From a virus, in IMG/VR virus record IMGVR_UViG_3300029258_004006: DNA of 64,000 nucleotides. One strand, 5' to 3'. A model generated the notes under the pieces. That model had not been told where the DNA came from. It made no database searches and worked only from the letters and a program-made list of their open reading frames with translations. Positions 27,835 to 35,585 of this stretch are shown one piece after another. Both the position numbers and the translations under genes were made by a program. Numbering within the stretch: position 1 is the stretch's first letter; the number at the start of each line of letters is the position of its first letter.

Positions 27835-27924
27835 GGGGCGAAGAGAGATTCGAACTCCCACGGCCCGTTCAACTAACGGGGTGCTACCCAAGTCGCTTTT
27901 CAACACGATTACATCATTCGCCCC
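27835..27924 (-). ncRNA. tRNA-like element (non-canonical; expanded D region)
   Basis: Read on the minus strand: acceptor GGGCGAA/TTCGCCC, an extra 5' G opposite C73, and U8. T arm is GGGAG-TTCGAAT-CTCTC. A 5-bp stem CCCGT/ACGGG carries the 7-nt loop TAGTTGA. About 34 nt sit where a 17-nt D arm should be, and they do not fold canonically. Confidence 0.4.
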
Positions 27925-27926
27925 AG

Positions 27927-28586
27927 TTAGACGATTCCAGCACGCTTATTTAGGATATACAGGGCTGATCTAGCTTTTACCATGTTCTTAGTGCCTTCAA
28001 CTAGTTTGCGAACGACAGCAATAAGCCATTTGACTGCAGCTTTTGCCATGTCTCGCAATCCGGATTCTACACTAACTTCCAATCTGGTAAATTCGGTTGT
28101 TTTTTCCAGACTAGCGTGCAGAGCATCCATGATTTGTCGTTGGGCAGCACTCAGTTTATTGAAGGCTTTTTCATAGAGAGACTTCCAAGAAACGGTGGTA
28201 CGCGAGTTTGTTTTGATCGCGACCAATTGAGAATCAGTTTTGAAGGTTTCAACCTCTGCTTTATCAGCGGCTTTGAGAATTTTGGCCTCTACAGTATCTC
28301 GTCTCGCAATCGCTTCTTCTAGATCCGCTTTCATCTTCCGAATCTTCTCGTTAAAACTTAAAAACTCATCACACAGTTTTTCGACACCCTTCGCATTCTT
28401 AATCTTCGTAACTTTGGGAACTTTTGGTTTCGGAGCCTTGGTAATCTTTTTCTGCACACTTTCGATGTCCAGATCAGATTCCAATTCCTCATCGTCGGGT
28501 CGTATCCATTTTGCACGATCCCCCTTCTTCTTGGGCTTAACGGCGGATTTGAGCAAAAAACCATTTGTGTCTGAGTATCGAATCAT
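27927..28586 (-). CDS. hypothetical protein (Lys/Glu-rich)
   Basis: ATG 28586 with AGGTGA 5 nt upstream, just after the upstream TGA. Its stop lies 3 nt from the tRNA-like element. Confidence 0.6.
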   Translation of the reverse strand: MIRYSDTNGFLLKSAVKPKKKGDRAKWIRPDDEELESDLDIESVQKKITKAPKPKVPKVTKIKNAKGVEKLCDEFLSFNEKIRKMKADLEEAIARRDTVEAKILKAADKAEVETFKTDSQLVAIKTNSRTTVSWKSLYEKAFNKLSAAQRQIMDALHASLEKTTEFTRLEVSVESGLRDMAKAAVKWLIAVVRKLVEGTKNMVKARSALYILNKRAGIV

Positions 28587-28590
28587 TTGT

Positions 28591-28953
28591 TCACCTAATA
28601 GACCCAAATTCTTTTAGTTGAACAGCCGCATCAAGATGCTGCTGCATAATCTGAAGGTTACGCATCCCTCTTTCTGTGTAGCTATCTCGATCACGAGATG
28701 AAGCCAGCTTAAGTTGCTTTTCTACTAGCGTTTGTCGCCTTCGAATTTCTGGAAGGTCTAACTTCGCGAGCCAAGCGATCAGCTTTTTGTGCTGGCCCTG
28801 AGTGAGTTTCTGAAGATCATGCGGATAGTTCCCCCGAGACCAGATCCCCTTGTAAGTCTTGACCGTAATGCCATCTTCAGTTAGCTTAGCGGCAGCACTG
28901 AGAAGCAGATGGGCCTTAGCTTCCAGTTTATCAGCGAGATTATGATGTCGCAT
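28591..28953 (-). CDS. hypothetical protein
   Basis: ATG 28953 (MRHHNLADKL) preceded by GAGAGGAAG. The track ORF starts earlier, inside the upstream gene. Confidence 0.55.
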   Translation of the reverse strand: MRHHNLADKLEAKAHLLLSAAAKLTEDGITVKTYKGIWSRGNYPHDLQKLTQGQHKKLIAWLAKLDLPEIRRRQTLVEKQLKLASSRDRDSYTERGMRNLQIMQQHLDAAVQLKEFGSIR

Positions 28954-29944
28954 AAACTTCCTCTCTACACATTCTTTCATCAGGGAAATTGTCGCAGTAC
29001 CATCCAACATGGCCAGCCATTTCTCCGCGACTTAACTCCTTGGGGAGGTTCACCTTGAATATCTTTTTGAAGATAAGCGGATAAATGGTAACTTCAGTTG
29101 GAAAAGCCGATCCCACCCACGCCAAAGAGGGCATTCCTACTCCAATCATGATAGCGGGAATAACCGCGTTCTCTATGGTTTCAACAATGGCGATGGCCAC
29201 CCCAATTTTCCAACCGTGAATCTTAACCATCTCTTTGACATATTTGTAGATGGTCTTGGGATTCATACCATGGATAACCCCTTTACCCACATGCATGATC
29301 GTTTCTTCTGTGATTTTGTGTTCGACTTGGTCGTGAACTCGTCGAATTAGGAGTTTACGTTCAAAGTTGGTTGGTTGTCGCCCCTTCTTCTCTGCAAACT
29401 TGTCCACGGCCTCTTGGATCTCATTATTCATCACCGCCTTGATCACCTTGGGGGCAACGTGTTCGAGAACTTCATCCATAGCATCATCAATATCCTTGCG
29501 GAAGAACTTGACGAATTGCTTAAGGGCCAGAGGTAACGGTAAGGAAAGAGTCTTCCATAACCGTTTTACAGCTTTGTTATGCTGGAATTTCCTCCCCAGC
29601 GTACCTAATTTTCTCTTTCCTGTCCTAGCCCAATCCCGTAGACCAGCCTCCAGTTCAATCTCTTCTATTAAAGAAACCAATTCTGGAGTCATTTTTATCG
29701 ACGCATCTACGTCGGCCGGTTTTTTGTCTAGAATGGCCCGGAGTTTCTTGGAGAGACCCTTCATAAAAGCCTTTAGAACTAGAGAACGGATCTGTTTTGA
29801 GTCTAAATCAGTCCCCTCCTTAAGAATCCTTGCCTGATCAGCAACAGCGTTAACCGCAGCTTGAACCACCTCTTTTTCAATCATATCCGCTGGTTTGTCA
29901 GTAGTCTCGGATGTGGCTTTGGTTTTAGCTTTGCTTTGTGACAT
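28940..29944 (-). CDS. hypothetical protein with C-terminal hydrophobic segments
   Basis: Start moved to ATG 29944 (MSQSKAKTK) because the upstream 45 nt of the track ORF are the terminator hairpin. Contains WKIGVAIAIVETIENAVIPAIMIGVGMPSLAWVGSAF. Confidence 0.65.
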   Translation of the reverse strand: MSQSKAKTKATSETTDKPADMIEKEVVQAAVNAVADQARILKEGTDLDSKQIRSLVLKAFMKGLSKKLRAILDKKPADVDASIKMTPELVSLIEEIELEAGLRDWARTGKRKLGTLGRKFQHNKAVKRLWKTLSLPLPLALKQFVKFFRKDIDDAMDEVLEHVAPKVIKAVMNNEIQEAVDKFAEKKGRQPTNFERKLLIRRVHDQVEHKITEETIMHVGKGVIHGMNPKTIYKYVKEMVKIHGWKIGVAIAIVETIENAVIPAIMIGVGMPSLAWVGSAFPTEVTIYPLIFKKIFKVNLPKELSRGEMAGHVGWYCDNFPDERMCREEVYATS

Positions 29945-29958
29945 GTGTGTTTCCTGAT

Positions 29959-29990
29959 AAAATAAAGACCGGTGGGGCCGAAGCCCCACC
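29959..29990 (-). terminator. rho-independent terminator after the capsid-like gene
   Basis: Minus strand reads GGTGGGGC-TTCG-GCCCCACC (8-bp GC stem, UUCG tetraloop) followed by GGTCTTTATTTTAT. It lies 27 nt after the stop at 30018. Confidence 0.75.
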
Positions 29991-30017
29991 AGTCCAGGGG
30001 GAGGAGGAAGGTCTGGT

Positions 30018-31133
30018 CTAGATCTTCACCCCGCGAGCAATCGCATTGACATTAGGCAGACACGTCGCGTAGATTGACGAGAGGAACCAACCCTTGGCGG
30101 GACGACCAATATTGTACTGGTCAACGGGCTCACTCTTCAATGGCTGACGCACAAAGTGCTTGCCAAGTGACTTCGGTGTACTGAGGAAATAGGTTTCACC
30201 CGGACGCAAGACGCGGAGGTCATGATTGACGAACGCATCAGTAATCAGGGTAACACCCAAAATCGAACCCAAAACACCAGTCAGAACCAACTCATGCTTA
30301 GTCACTGGATCGAACCAGTTGGCGAAATCCGTTTGACCAATGATGTCATTCCAAAGGTCTGAAGCCAGCAGGGCTGTGCTGACAGGCAGACCACGAGACG
30401 CGATTAGGTTGCGCAACGTTTGGAAGAACGCCGGGGTAAAGGTGGAGAAGAAAATTTGGTTTCCACTAGCGCTAACCGCAACATTCAAGAGGCGACGCAA
30501 TACCGCGTCTTCCTGAACCTGCACACGCTCTTGGCCATCTTCCAGGCGCTCGGTGAGGAGATCACCAGCAACTTGGCTGATTTCCTTGTCTTCCACCAGT
30601 ACATGACTGGTGATGTAATACTCTGGCGGGTAGAAATACTGCTCACGAGGAGTGGTAACGAATGGCTTAAAGCCACCCTGACCCTCGACGTGGGCTACCG
30701 CCCAATTCTTCCGAATACGAGCGCGAGGAAGCTGACCAGCCGCCAATTCAGATTCATCGATGACCCGACGCAGGAAACCCTGACGACGAACGTGATCATA
30801 GATCAAATCCGAAACTTCTTCACCCAAGAGACGCCACTTTTCCCCAGTCGTATCACTGAGTGCTTCAGAAAGCAACTCGATACGCTCTTCCGAAAGAGTT
30901 TGAGGGGTCTGTTCCATGACTTCGCCGCGAGCGGCCATGTCAATTAGACCATTAATGGCAGAAAGGAGTTCAGTGCGATTACCGGCATTGAATTCGCCAT
31001 TAGCACCCACCATCGCGGTGGCTGATTGGCGAACCTTGCCAGTCTTTGGATCCCTGAAGGTACCCTTCAGGGAAGTAACGGGTTCGCCCTTTTTGGTGAC
31101 GAACTTACGACGATATGGATTGTTCACTTTCAT
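30018..31133 (-). CDS. putative major capsid protein
   Basis: 372 aa from ATG 31133 with GAGGA upstream. Followed by the strongest terminator in the window. Preceded by two very acidic scaffold-like ORFs. The HK97 fold cannot be verified by eye. Confidence 0.5.
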   Translation of the reverse strand: MKVNNPYRRKFVTKKGEPVTSLKGTFRDPKTGKVRQSATAMVGANGEFNAGNRTELLSAINGLIDMAARGEVMEQTPQTLSEERIELLSEALSDTTGEKWRLLGEEVSDLIYDHVRRQGFLRRVIDESELAAGQLPRARIRKNWAVAHVEGQGGFKPFVTTPREQYFYPPEYYITSHVLVEDKEISQVAGDLLTERLEDGQERVQVQEDAVLRRLLNVAVSASGNQIFFSTFTPAFFQTLRNLIASRGLPVSTALLASDLWNDIIGQTDFANWFDPVTKHELVLTGVLGSILGVTLITDAFVNHDLRVLRPGETYFLSTPKSLGKHFVRQPLKSEPVDQYNIGRPAKGWFLSSIYATCLPNVNAIARGVKI

Positions 31134-31214
31134 ATCCTCACAGTTGTTGGTTAATCGTTCACTAGGTACACGGGTGTGAATCAGTAACAACAGTGAAATT
31201 ACAGCAGAGATAAA

Positions 31215-31265
31215 TAGCGGGATGAGGATTCGAACCTACGAATAGACCCAGAACATCTTCCCGCG
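31215..31265 (-). ncRNA. truncated tRNA-like remnant (acceptor, one 4-bp arm and T-loop only)
   Basis: Minus strand reads CGCGGGA-AG-ATGTTCTGGGTCTATTC-GTAGG-TTCGAAT-CCTCA-TCCCGCT-A. The acceptor pairs at 6 of 7 positions and the T loop is canonical. The T stem has only 3 bp and there is no D arm. Confidence 0.3.
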
Positions 31266-31270
31266 ATACA

Positions 31271-31294
31271 GGTGGGGGCAAAATTGCCCCCACC
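31271..31294 (-). other. GC-rich 10-bp hairpin without U-tract, between acidic-protein gene and capsid-like gene
   Basis: GGTGGGGGCA-ATTT-TGCCCCCACC. It shares the GGTGGGG core with the terminator at 29971-29990. Confidence 0.6.
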
Positions 31295-31306
31295 TTAAAG
31301 TCTTGA

Positions 31307-31858
31307 TTAGTCGTCTTTTTCCAGCAGCGCTTTCAAAGCCGCTGCAACAGGACGATATCGTTTACTATACTGCTTGATCTTGGCCTTGTTACGCTTGCGG
31401 CGTAATTTAGCCAAACGGTAAGCTTTGGGATCAGTGCGCTTCAGCCCACCACGAGCCGCAGTGCGCTTACGCTTTCTGGCGGCGGCTGCTTTTGCTTTGG
31501 CAGAACGTCGTTTGACGCTCTCCAGACCACTCAGCCAGGTAGCGACTTCCTGAGCGTCGTCTTCGCTACCATCGCTCAGAACATCCAGTACATCGGTAAG
31601 GCTGTAATTACTTTCCAATTCATCATCACCAGGACTGTCCTGATCATCACCACTGGTAAGATACTCGATGAGATCATCCATCATCTCTTCGTCAGCCATA
31701 TCGTCGTCGTCGTCTTCATCACTGGTCTCTTCTTCATCACGGTTCAGAAGATCCTTGATGTCTTCCTCGTCTAGACCCTCGATGAGTTCATTAACCTCAT
31801 CCGATGAATCATCCAGATCCAGATCGCCGAGAAGTTCCTGCAACATTTCCATATCCAT
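31307..31858 (-). CDS. hypothetical protein, hyper-acidic N-terminal two-thirds and poly-basic C-terminus
   Basis: Contains DEEETSDEDDDDDMADEEMMDD... and then KRRSAKAKAAAARKRKRTAARGGLKR...KLRRKRNKAKIKQYSKRYR. Scaffold or internal-protein position. Confidence 0.6.
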   Translation of the reverse strand: MDMEMLQELLGDLDLDDSSDEVNELIEGLDEEDIKDLLNRDEEETSDEDDDDDMADEEMMDDLIEYLTSGDDQDSPGDDELESNYSLTDVLDVLSDGSEDDAQEVATWLSGLESVKRRSAKAKAAAARKRKRTAARGGLKRTDPKAYRLAKLRRKRNKAKIKQYSKRYRPVAAALKALLEKDD

Positions 31859-31867
31859 GGTTATCTC

Positions 31868-32545
31868 CTATTCATCGTCTTCGTCGTCTTCGTCCTCTGC
31901 GTTGAGGAGATTTTGAAGAATCTCAAAGTCCTCTTCCGCAGAGTCATCATCCGACAAAGCAGCTATTAGGTCGTCTTCAACGGCTTCTAAGGCAATGGAT
32001 TGACTGTTTTCAACAATTACCTTAACTAAGGATTCTTCTCCATCGGCTGAAAGAACACTAGCAATAATGTAACCATCACCCGTAGCCGAATCCAAATTGA
32101 TGAAGTGAGGATCAACTGATTCAGTTAGATTGTCTGGGTTCTTTTCGTCCCAACTTGTCGAAATTAAACCAGCGATAAGGGGGTCTTCTTCAGAATGAGT
32201 CTCAAGATCCTCGGAAATACCAAGATCTTCATTAAACTTGAGACTAATTTCCTCGATTTGAGCAGTAATCGTTCCAACCTTGGTGAGTAGTTGCTCTAGT
32301 TGTTTAAAAGGAACCGCTTCAATTGCATTGGCGGCTCTACAAAGAGCACCAGCTTCAAGCTGAATGTCTTCGCTTTCCTTATCATCATTATCTAGAGTAT
32401 CCCTAGCGGCCGTTAGGAAGGCGGCTATCGGATTCAAGGCTTCGGATTGCAACTCCTGTACCGCTTTGATAGAGCTTTTTACAACTTTATCGAGGCTGAG
32501 AAGAAGGTCCAACTTTGGTGCAACTCGTTTCATATCGTCGTTCAT
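31868..32545 (-). CDS. hypothetical acidic protein (scaffold-like position)
   Basis: 225 aa ending NAEDEDDEDDE. Confidence 0.6.
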   Translation of the reverse strand: MNDDMKRVAPKLDLLLSLDKVVKSSIKAVQELQSEALNPIAAFLTAARDTLDNDDKESEDIQLEAGALCRAANAIEAVPFKQLEQLLTKVGTITAQIEEISLKFNEDLGISEDLETHSEEDPLIAGLISTSWDEKNPDNLTESVDPHFINLDSATGDGYIIASVLSADGEESLVKVIVENSQSIALEAVEDDLIAALSDDDSAEEDFEILQNLLNAEDEDDEDDE

Positions 32546-32569
32546 ACTGACCTCCTTTTCTACTACTAA

Positions 32570-33316
32570 TTAGTAGTTGGTGTCGTAAGCAACGCCGAGG
32601 AAAGGGTCACCTGCGGTTGGAAGTTTGATGATCTGCGCATCTGCCCAAGTCCAACCAGTACCGGTTTGAGTTAGAATGGCACCAGCAGTGATCTTAACAG
32701 CGGTGTTAAGAGCCCACTCGGAAGCGGTGTCATACTGTAGTGTGTAAATTTCACACTTACCGGCAAGAATGGGTACCTGCTGGAAGATGTCAGAGGCGTT
32801 ACGGAAGTCGAACGACTCGCCGAACAAACTGAGAACCTCAGCCATGGTGGGCTCGTAACGATAAGCAATAACTAGCTCATCATCGGCACTGAATCCACCA
32901 AGCAGAGTAATTACACCAGTTGCGGGGACAAAGGTGAAGTTACCTGGAGGAACCAGGTAAGCTGCAGTGGTCTTGTTGTAGATACTAACCGAACCCACAA
33001 CAATGTTGGTGTAAGCCAACTGAATTACAAACGGAGCAACCGAAGGAACCTGCGCCGTTTCACCAGCTACAGGAACATAAACGGCGGAGGGCTTGTCCAC
33101 TTGGACCATGCCCAGAACTTCTTTGCTGGAGTTGTCAAATGGCTCGACTAGACTACCACCATCTGGGGCGGCGGTACTGGAGCGTTGGGCAACGAGCAAG
33201 TCTTGAGTAAATGCGGCTGAAGAAGCTAGAGGCAATTCATACTTCGCACCAATACGTGAACGAACTGTGTCTAGCATGTATGGGGCGGTATTATACGGGG
33301 GCTGTCCACCTGCCAT
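32570..33316 (-). CDS. hypothetical structural protein
   Basis: 248-aa ORF in the head module. Confidence 0.65.
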   Translation of the reverse strand: MAGGQPPYNTAPYMLDTVRSRIGAKYELPLASSAAFTQDLLVAQRSSTAAPDGGSLVEPFDNSSKEVLGMVQVDKPSAVYVPVAGETAQVPSVAPFVIQLAYTNIVVGSVSIYNKTTAAYLVPPGNFTFVPATGVITLLGGFSADDELVIAYRYEPTMAEVLSLFGESFDFRNASDIFQQVPILAGKCEIYTLQYDTASEWALNTAVKITAGAILTQTGTGWTWADAQIIKLPTAGDPFLGVAYDTNY

Positions 33317-33326
33317 GTGTTATCTC

Positions 33327-34178
33327 CTAGTCTTGGGTACCACGAAGAGTTTGACGGAACCGATCACGCACATCTTGCGGTTGCCCGCCGTTTCCAGTTG
33401 TCAAACTAACAGAATTGTCCTCAAGTTGAGAAGCCAGACTCTGAGTATCTTCATTGCCCTCTTCGAGGACAGCAGCACTCATGTCTTTCTTCTCTAACAT
33501 CCCAATTTGAGATTCCAATTCACTCAATGCATCCTCGGACAAATTCATCCATTCTACGGCCTTAGAGACCAGAGTTTGGAGAGTTTCCTGACCACCTTCT
33601 TCAAATATACTTTCCACGATGGTGTAGGGGTTAGCCACCCCATTGCTGGAAAGGACATCAAAGAAGTGGGCCTTGAGCGGATTGTCCACCAAGTTCTTGG
33701 CCATTGCTGAGTTGGCCATCTCGGCCGCTCGCGTAAACCGCTTGATGAAGGTGTCCCTAATTTGGCCTTCGTCAACGCCAGATTTTTCAATCTGAACTAC
33801 ATGGCCATTACTGATGATATTCGCCTTAACTGATTCTAAAGCATTCTTCCAAGTGTTCTGAGTCTTGACGGCTTCCAATACCGCCGATTTGTACTCAGAA
33901 CTGGAAAAATACGAAGCGATCGCATCTGAATTGTCCTGATCAGATAGACAGATAGTGGCAACTGGATCAACACCTTCGCAGATGACCCAGGAGACATTTC
34001 CATCCTGTGAACGGACCATAAACATATCGGTCGATTCGCTGGTATCCAACCGCTTTACTACTTCCGAAAGCAGATTAGTGTCATCGCCTAGTGGGGGTGA
34101 TCCCACTGGTTCTGCGTCTGCCTTGATAGCACTAAGACGGCCTTCTACCTCTTCCCGAAGGGCAGAAATATTCGGCAT
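33327..34178 (-). CDS. hypothetical protein, first gene after the long non-coding region
   Basis: ATG 34178 with AGGAG 8 nt upstream. Confidence 0.65.
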   Translation of the reverse strand: MPNISALREEVEGRLSAIKADAEPVGSPPLGDDTNLLSEVVKRLDTSESTDMFMVRSQDGNVSWVICEGVDPVATICLSDQDNSDAIASYFSSSEYKSAVLEAVKTQNTWKNALESVKANIISNGHVVQIEKSGVDEGQIRDTFIKRFTRAAEMANSAMAKNLVDNPLKAHFFDVLSSNGVANPYTIVESIFEEGGQETLQTLVSKAVEWMNLSEDALSELESQIGMLEKKDMSAAVLEEGNEDTQSLASQLEDNSVSLTTGNGGQPQDVRDRFRQTLRGTQD

Positions 34179-34219
34179 TTCAACGCTCCTAACATGGTAA
34201 CAATTTTTGATGTATGCTT

Positions 34220-34267
34220 ATATCGCCAAAGAAAATTGGCAGCTAATATCGCCAAAGGAAATTGGCA
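34220..34267. promoter_or_regulatory. two tandem 22-bp repeats, each containing a GCCAA-N6-TTGGC palindrome
   Basis: atatcgccaaagaaaattggca (34220-34241) and atatcgccaaaggaaattggca (34246-34267). Period is 26 bp, with one mismatch. Confidence 0.5.
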
Positions 34268-34271
34268 AGCT

Positions 34272-34290
34272 GTTACCAGCTCGTGGTAAC
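34272..34290. promoter_or_regulatory. inverted repeat GTTACCA-N5-TGGTAAC
   Basis: gttaccagctcgtggtaac. On the minus strand it shares the 10-mer GTTACCACGA with the conserved leader motif. Confidence 0.4.
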
Positions 34291-34526
34291 AAACACTAAA
34301 GTTGTATCATCAGGAGATGATCTGCGTCGTCTGAGTCGGTCTATCTGACCTCCCAACGATGCAGAAATGGGGAGGGATCACTAAAATTACACCTCTAAAA
34401 GAGGCTCACTTCTATTTACGAGTGTGTTACAGGAAGGAAATTTGAGGCTAATTGGTAGGCTAAAAACCTACTTGGTACACCGCCGCCTCTTCTTTTCGGG
34501 AGAGATTAAGTGGAGCACGTTTCTTC

Positions 34527-35225
34527 TTAGCCATTAACCGACTCAATCAAGATATGTAGGTCATTGAGATCGGTGAATTCATGATCTGGCCTGTGGGTGC
34601 CAATATCATAAATGCGGTTGGCTCTATTTACCCACCCACTACAAATACCCGCCCGAATTGCGCCCCCTACGTCACTATATAGTGAATCACCAACATGAAT
34701 GACGTGTTCACGTCGCCAGCCAGTAAATTCAAGTGCATCCTCGAAAATGCGTGGATTGGGCTTGTAAGAACGAGAGTCCTCGGATGTTACCACCCCAGTT
34801 ACTTGAATATCATGCAGTGCCAACGCCTGATCCACATCGGCTCGGTCAGTATTTGATACTATGCAAATAGGCGTGCAAAAATTCGCCAGAAAAGACCTCA
34901 CTTCTGGCTGCAACGGTGGATTCTTACAAGACACGACTAAGGTTTTGACGTATGGAACTGGATCAAGATCAACGATACCTATCGCTGCCATCGTTTCCCG
35001 TAACGTTTGCACCTCGATCTCGAATAGCGTCAGGAAGTTGCCATCGTTATGATAGTCTACGGCCCTCAAAAACTTTTCACCCCAGGCAACACTAAGCTTG
35101 GATGGTGACAATTCGATGCCCGTATCTCTAATGATGGTGGCACATACCATCTCAACAGCGGCGCGATCACCAGCCGTGAGCGTCCCATACATATCCATGA
35201 ATACGCCATCAAATCTCGTCATCAT
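34527..35225 (-). CDS. HAD-superfamily hydrolase (haloacid-dehalogenase-like subfamily)
   Basis: Motif I FMDMYGTL, motif II IVSNTD, Lys in YKPNPRIF, and motif IV HVGDSLYSDVGGA. Confidence 0.8.
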   Translation of the reverse strand: MMTRFDGVFMDMYGTLTAGDRAAVEMVCATIIRDTGIELSPSKLSVAWGEKFLRAVDYHNDGNFLTLFEIEVQTLRETMAAIGIVDLDPVPYVKTLVVSCKNPPLQPEVRSFLANFCTPICIVSNTDRADVDQALALHDIQVTGVVTSEDSRSYKPNPRIFEDALEFTGWRREHVIHVGDSLYSDVGGAIRAGICSGWVNRANRIYDIGTHRPDHEFTDLNDLHILIESVNG

Positions 35226-35255
35226 CTCGTCATCATCTCGTCATCGAGTAACAGT

Positions 35256-35585
35256 TTATGGTCTGGATTCATCAATTGCCTTTTGTTCTACCACTTGCGG
35301 ACCTTTGTTGACTAGACGAATGCAACACTTTTTAAATTTCTTTCCGCTACCACAGGGACACGGGCGATTACGCAAACAATTCTTAACCTGTCTTATCTCG
35401 GTTACATCTTTATTCTGACAAGCCTTGTCATATGCTTTCTGTAAACGAGGCTTTAAAGCCCCCTCGTCTTCTTCCCCTATAAACTCTCTCGTTACCCTTT
35501 TGGCTTCTGTTATATTTCCGGCGACTTCACTTTCAGAGGTGGTACCGCCCGGACTGGTTCTGTCAACGCTGGTTTCTTCATGCAT
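35256..35585 (-). CDS. SEC-C motif (zinc-binding) small protein
   Basis: CPCGSGKKFKKCC near the C-terminus. Start is ATG 35585 or upstream 35630. Either choice overlaps the 3' end of the DpdA-like ORF out of frame. Confidence 0.6.
   Translation of the reverse strand: MHEETSVDRTSPGGTTSESEVAGNITEAKRVTREFIGEEDEGALKPRLQKAYDKACQNKDVTEIRQVKNCLRNRPCPCGSGKKFKKCCIRLVNKGPQVVEQKAIDESRP

Noticed and set aside
27835-27924. Calling this element a bona fide tRNA-His (G-1:C73) or tRNA-Asn (GUU in the loop).
   Set aside because: I could not fold a D arm. About 34 nt sit where about 17 are expected. The putative anticodon loop has A at position 33 and contains no GUG anticodon. It is kept only as a tRNA-like element.
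31215-31265. tRNA fragment as a phage attP core.
   Set aside because: No integrase or excisionase gene is in the window. The fragment is internally deleted rather than a clean 3' half of a tRNA, so I cannot support an att assignment.
30018-34178. Portal, terminase and prohead protease assignments for ORFs near the capsid-like gene.
   Set aside because: I found no Walker A/terminase nuclease motifs, no portal-like signature and no protease catalytic motif by eye. These ORFs are left as hypothetical.
34440-34526. Intrinsic terminator for the HAD gene (GTAGG/CCTAC and CCTCT/AGAGG hairpins).
   Set aside because: The stems are only 5 bp and lack a convincing downstream U-tract on the minus strand. 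They are recorded only as part of the structured intergenic region.
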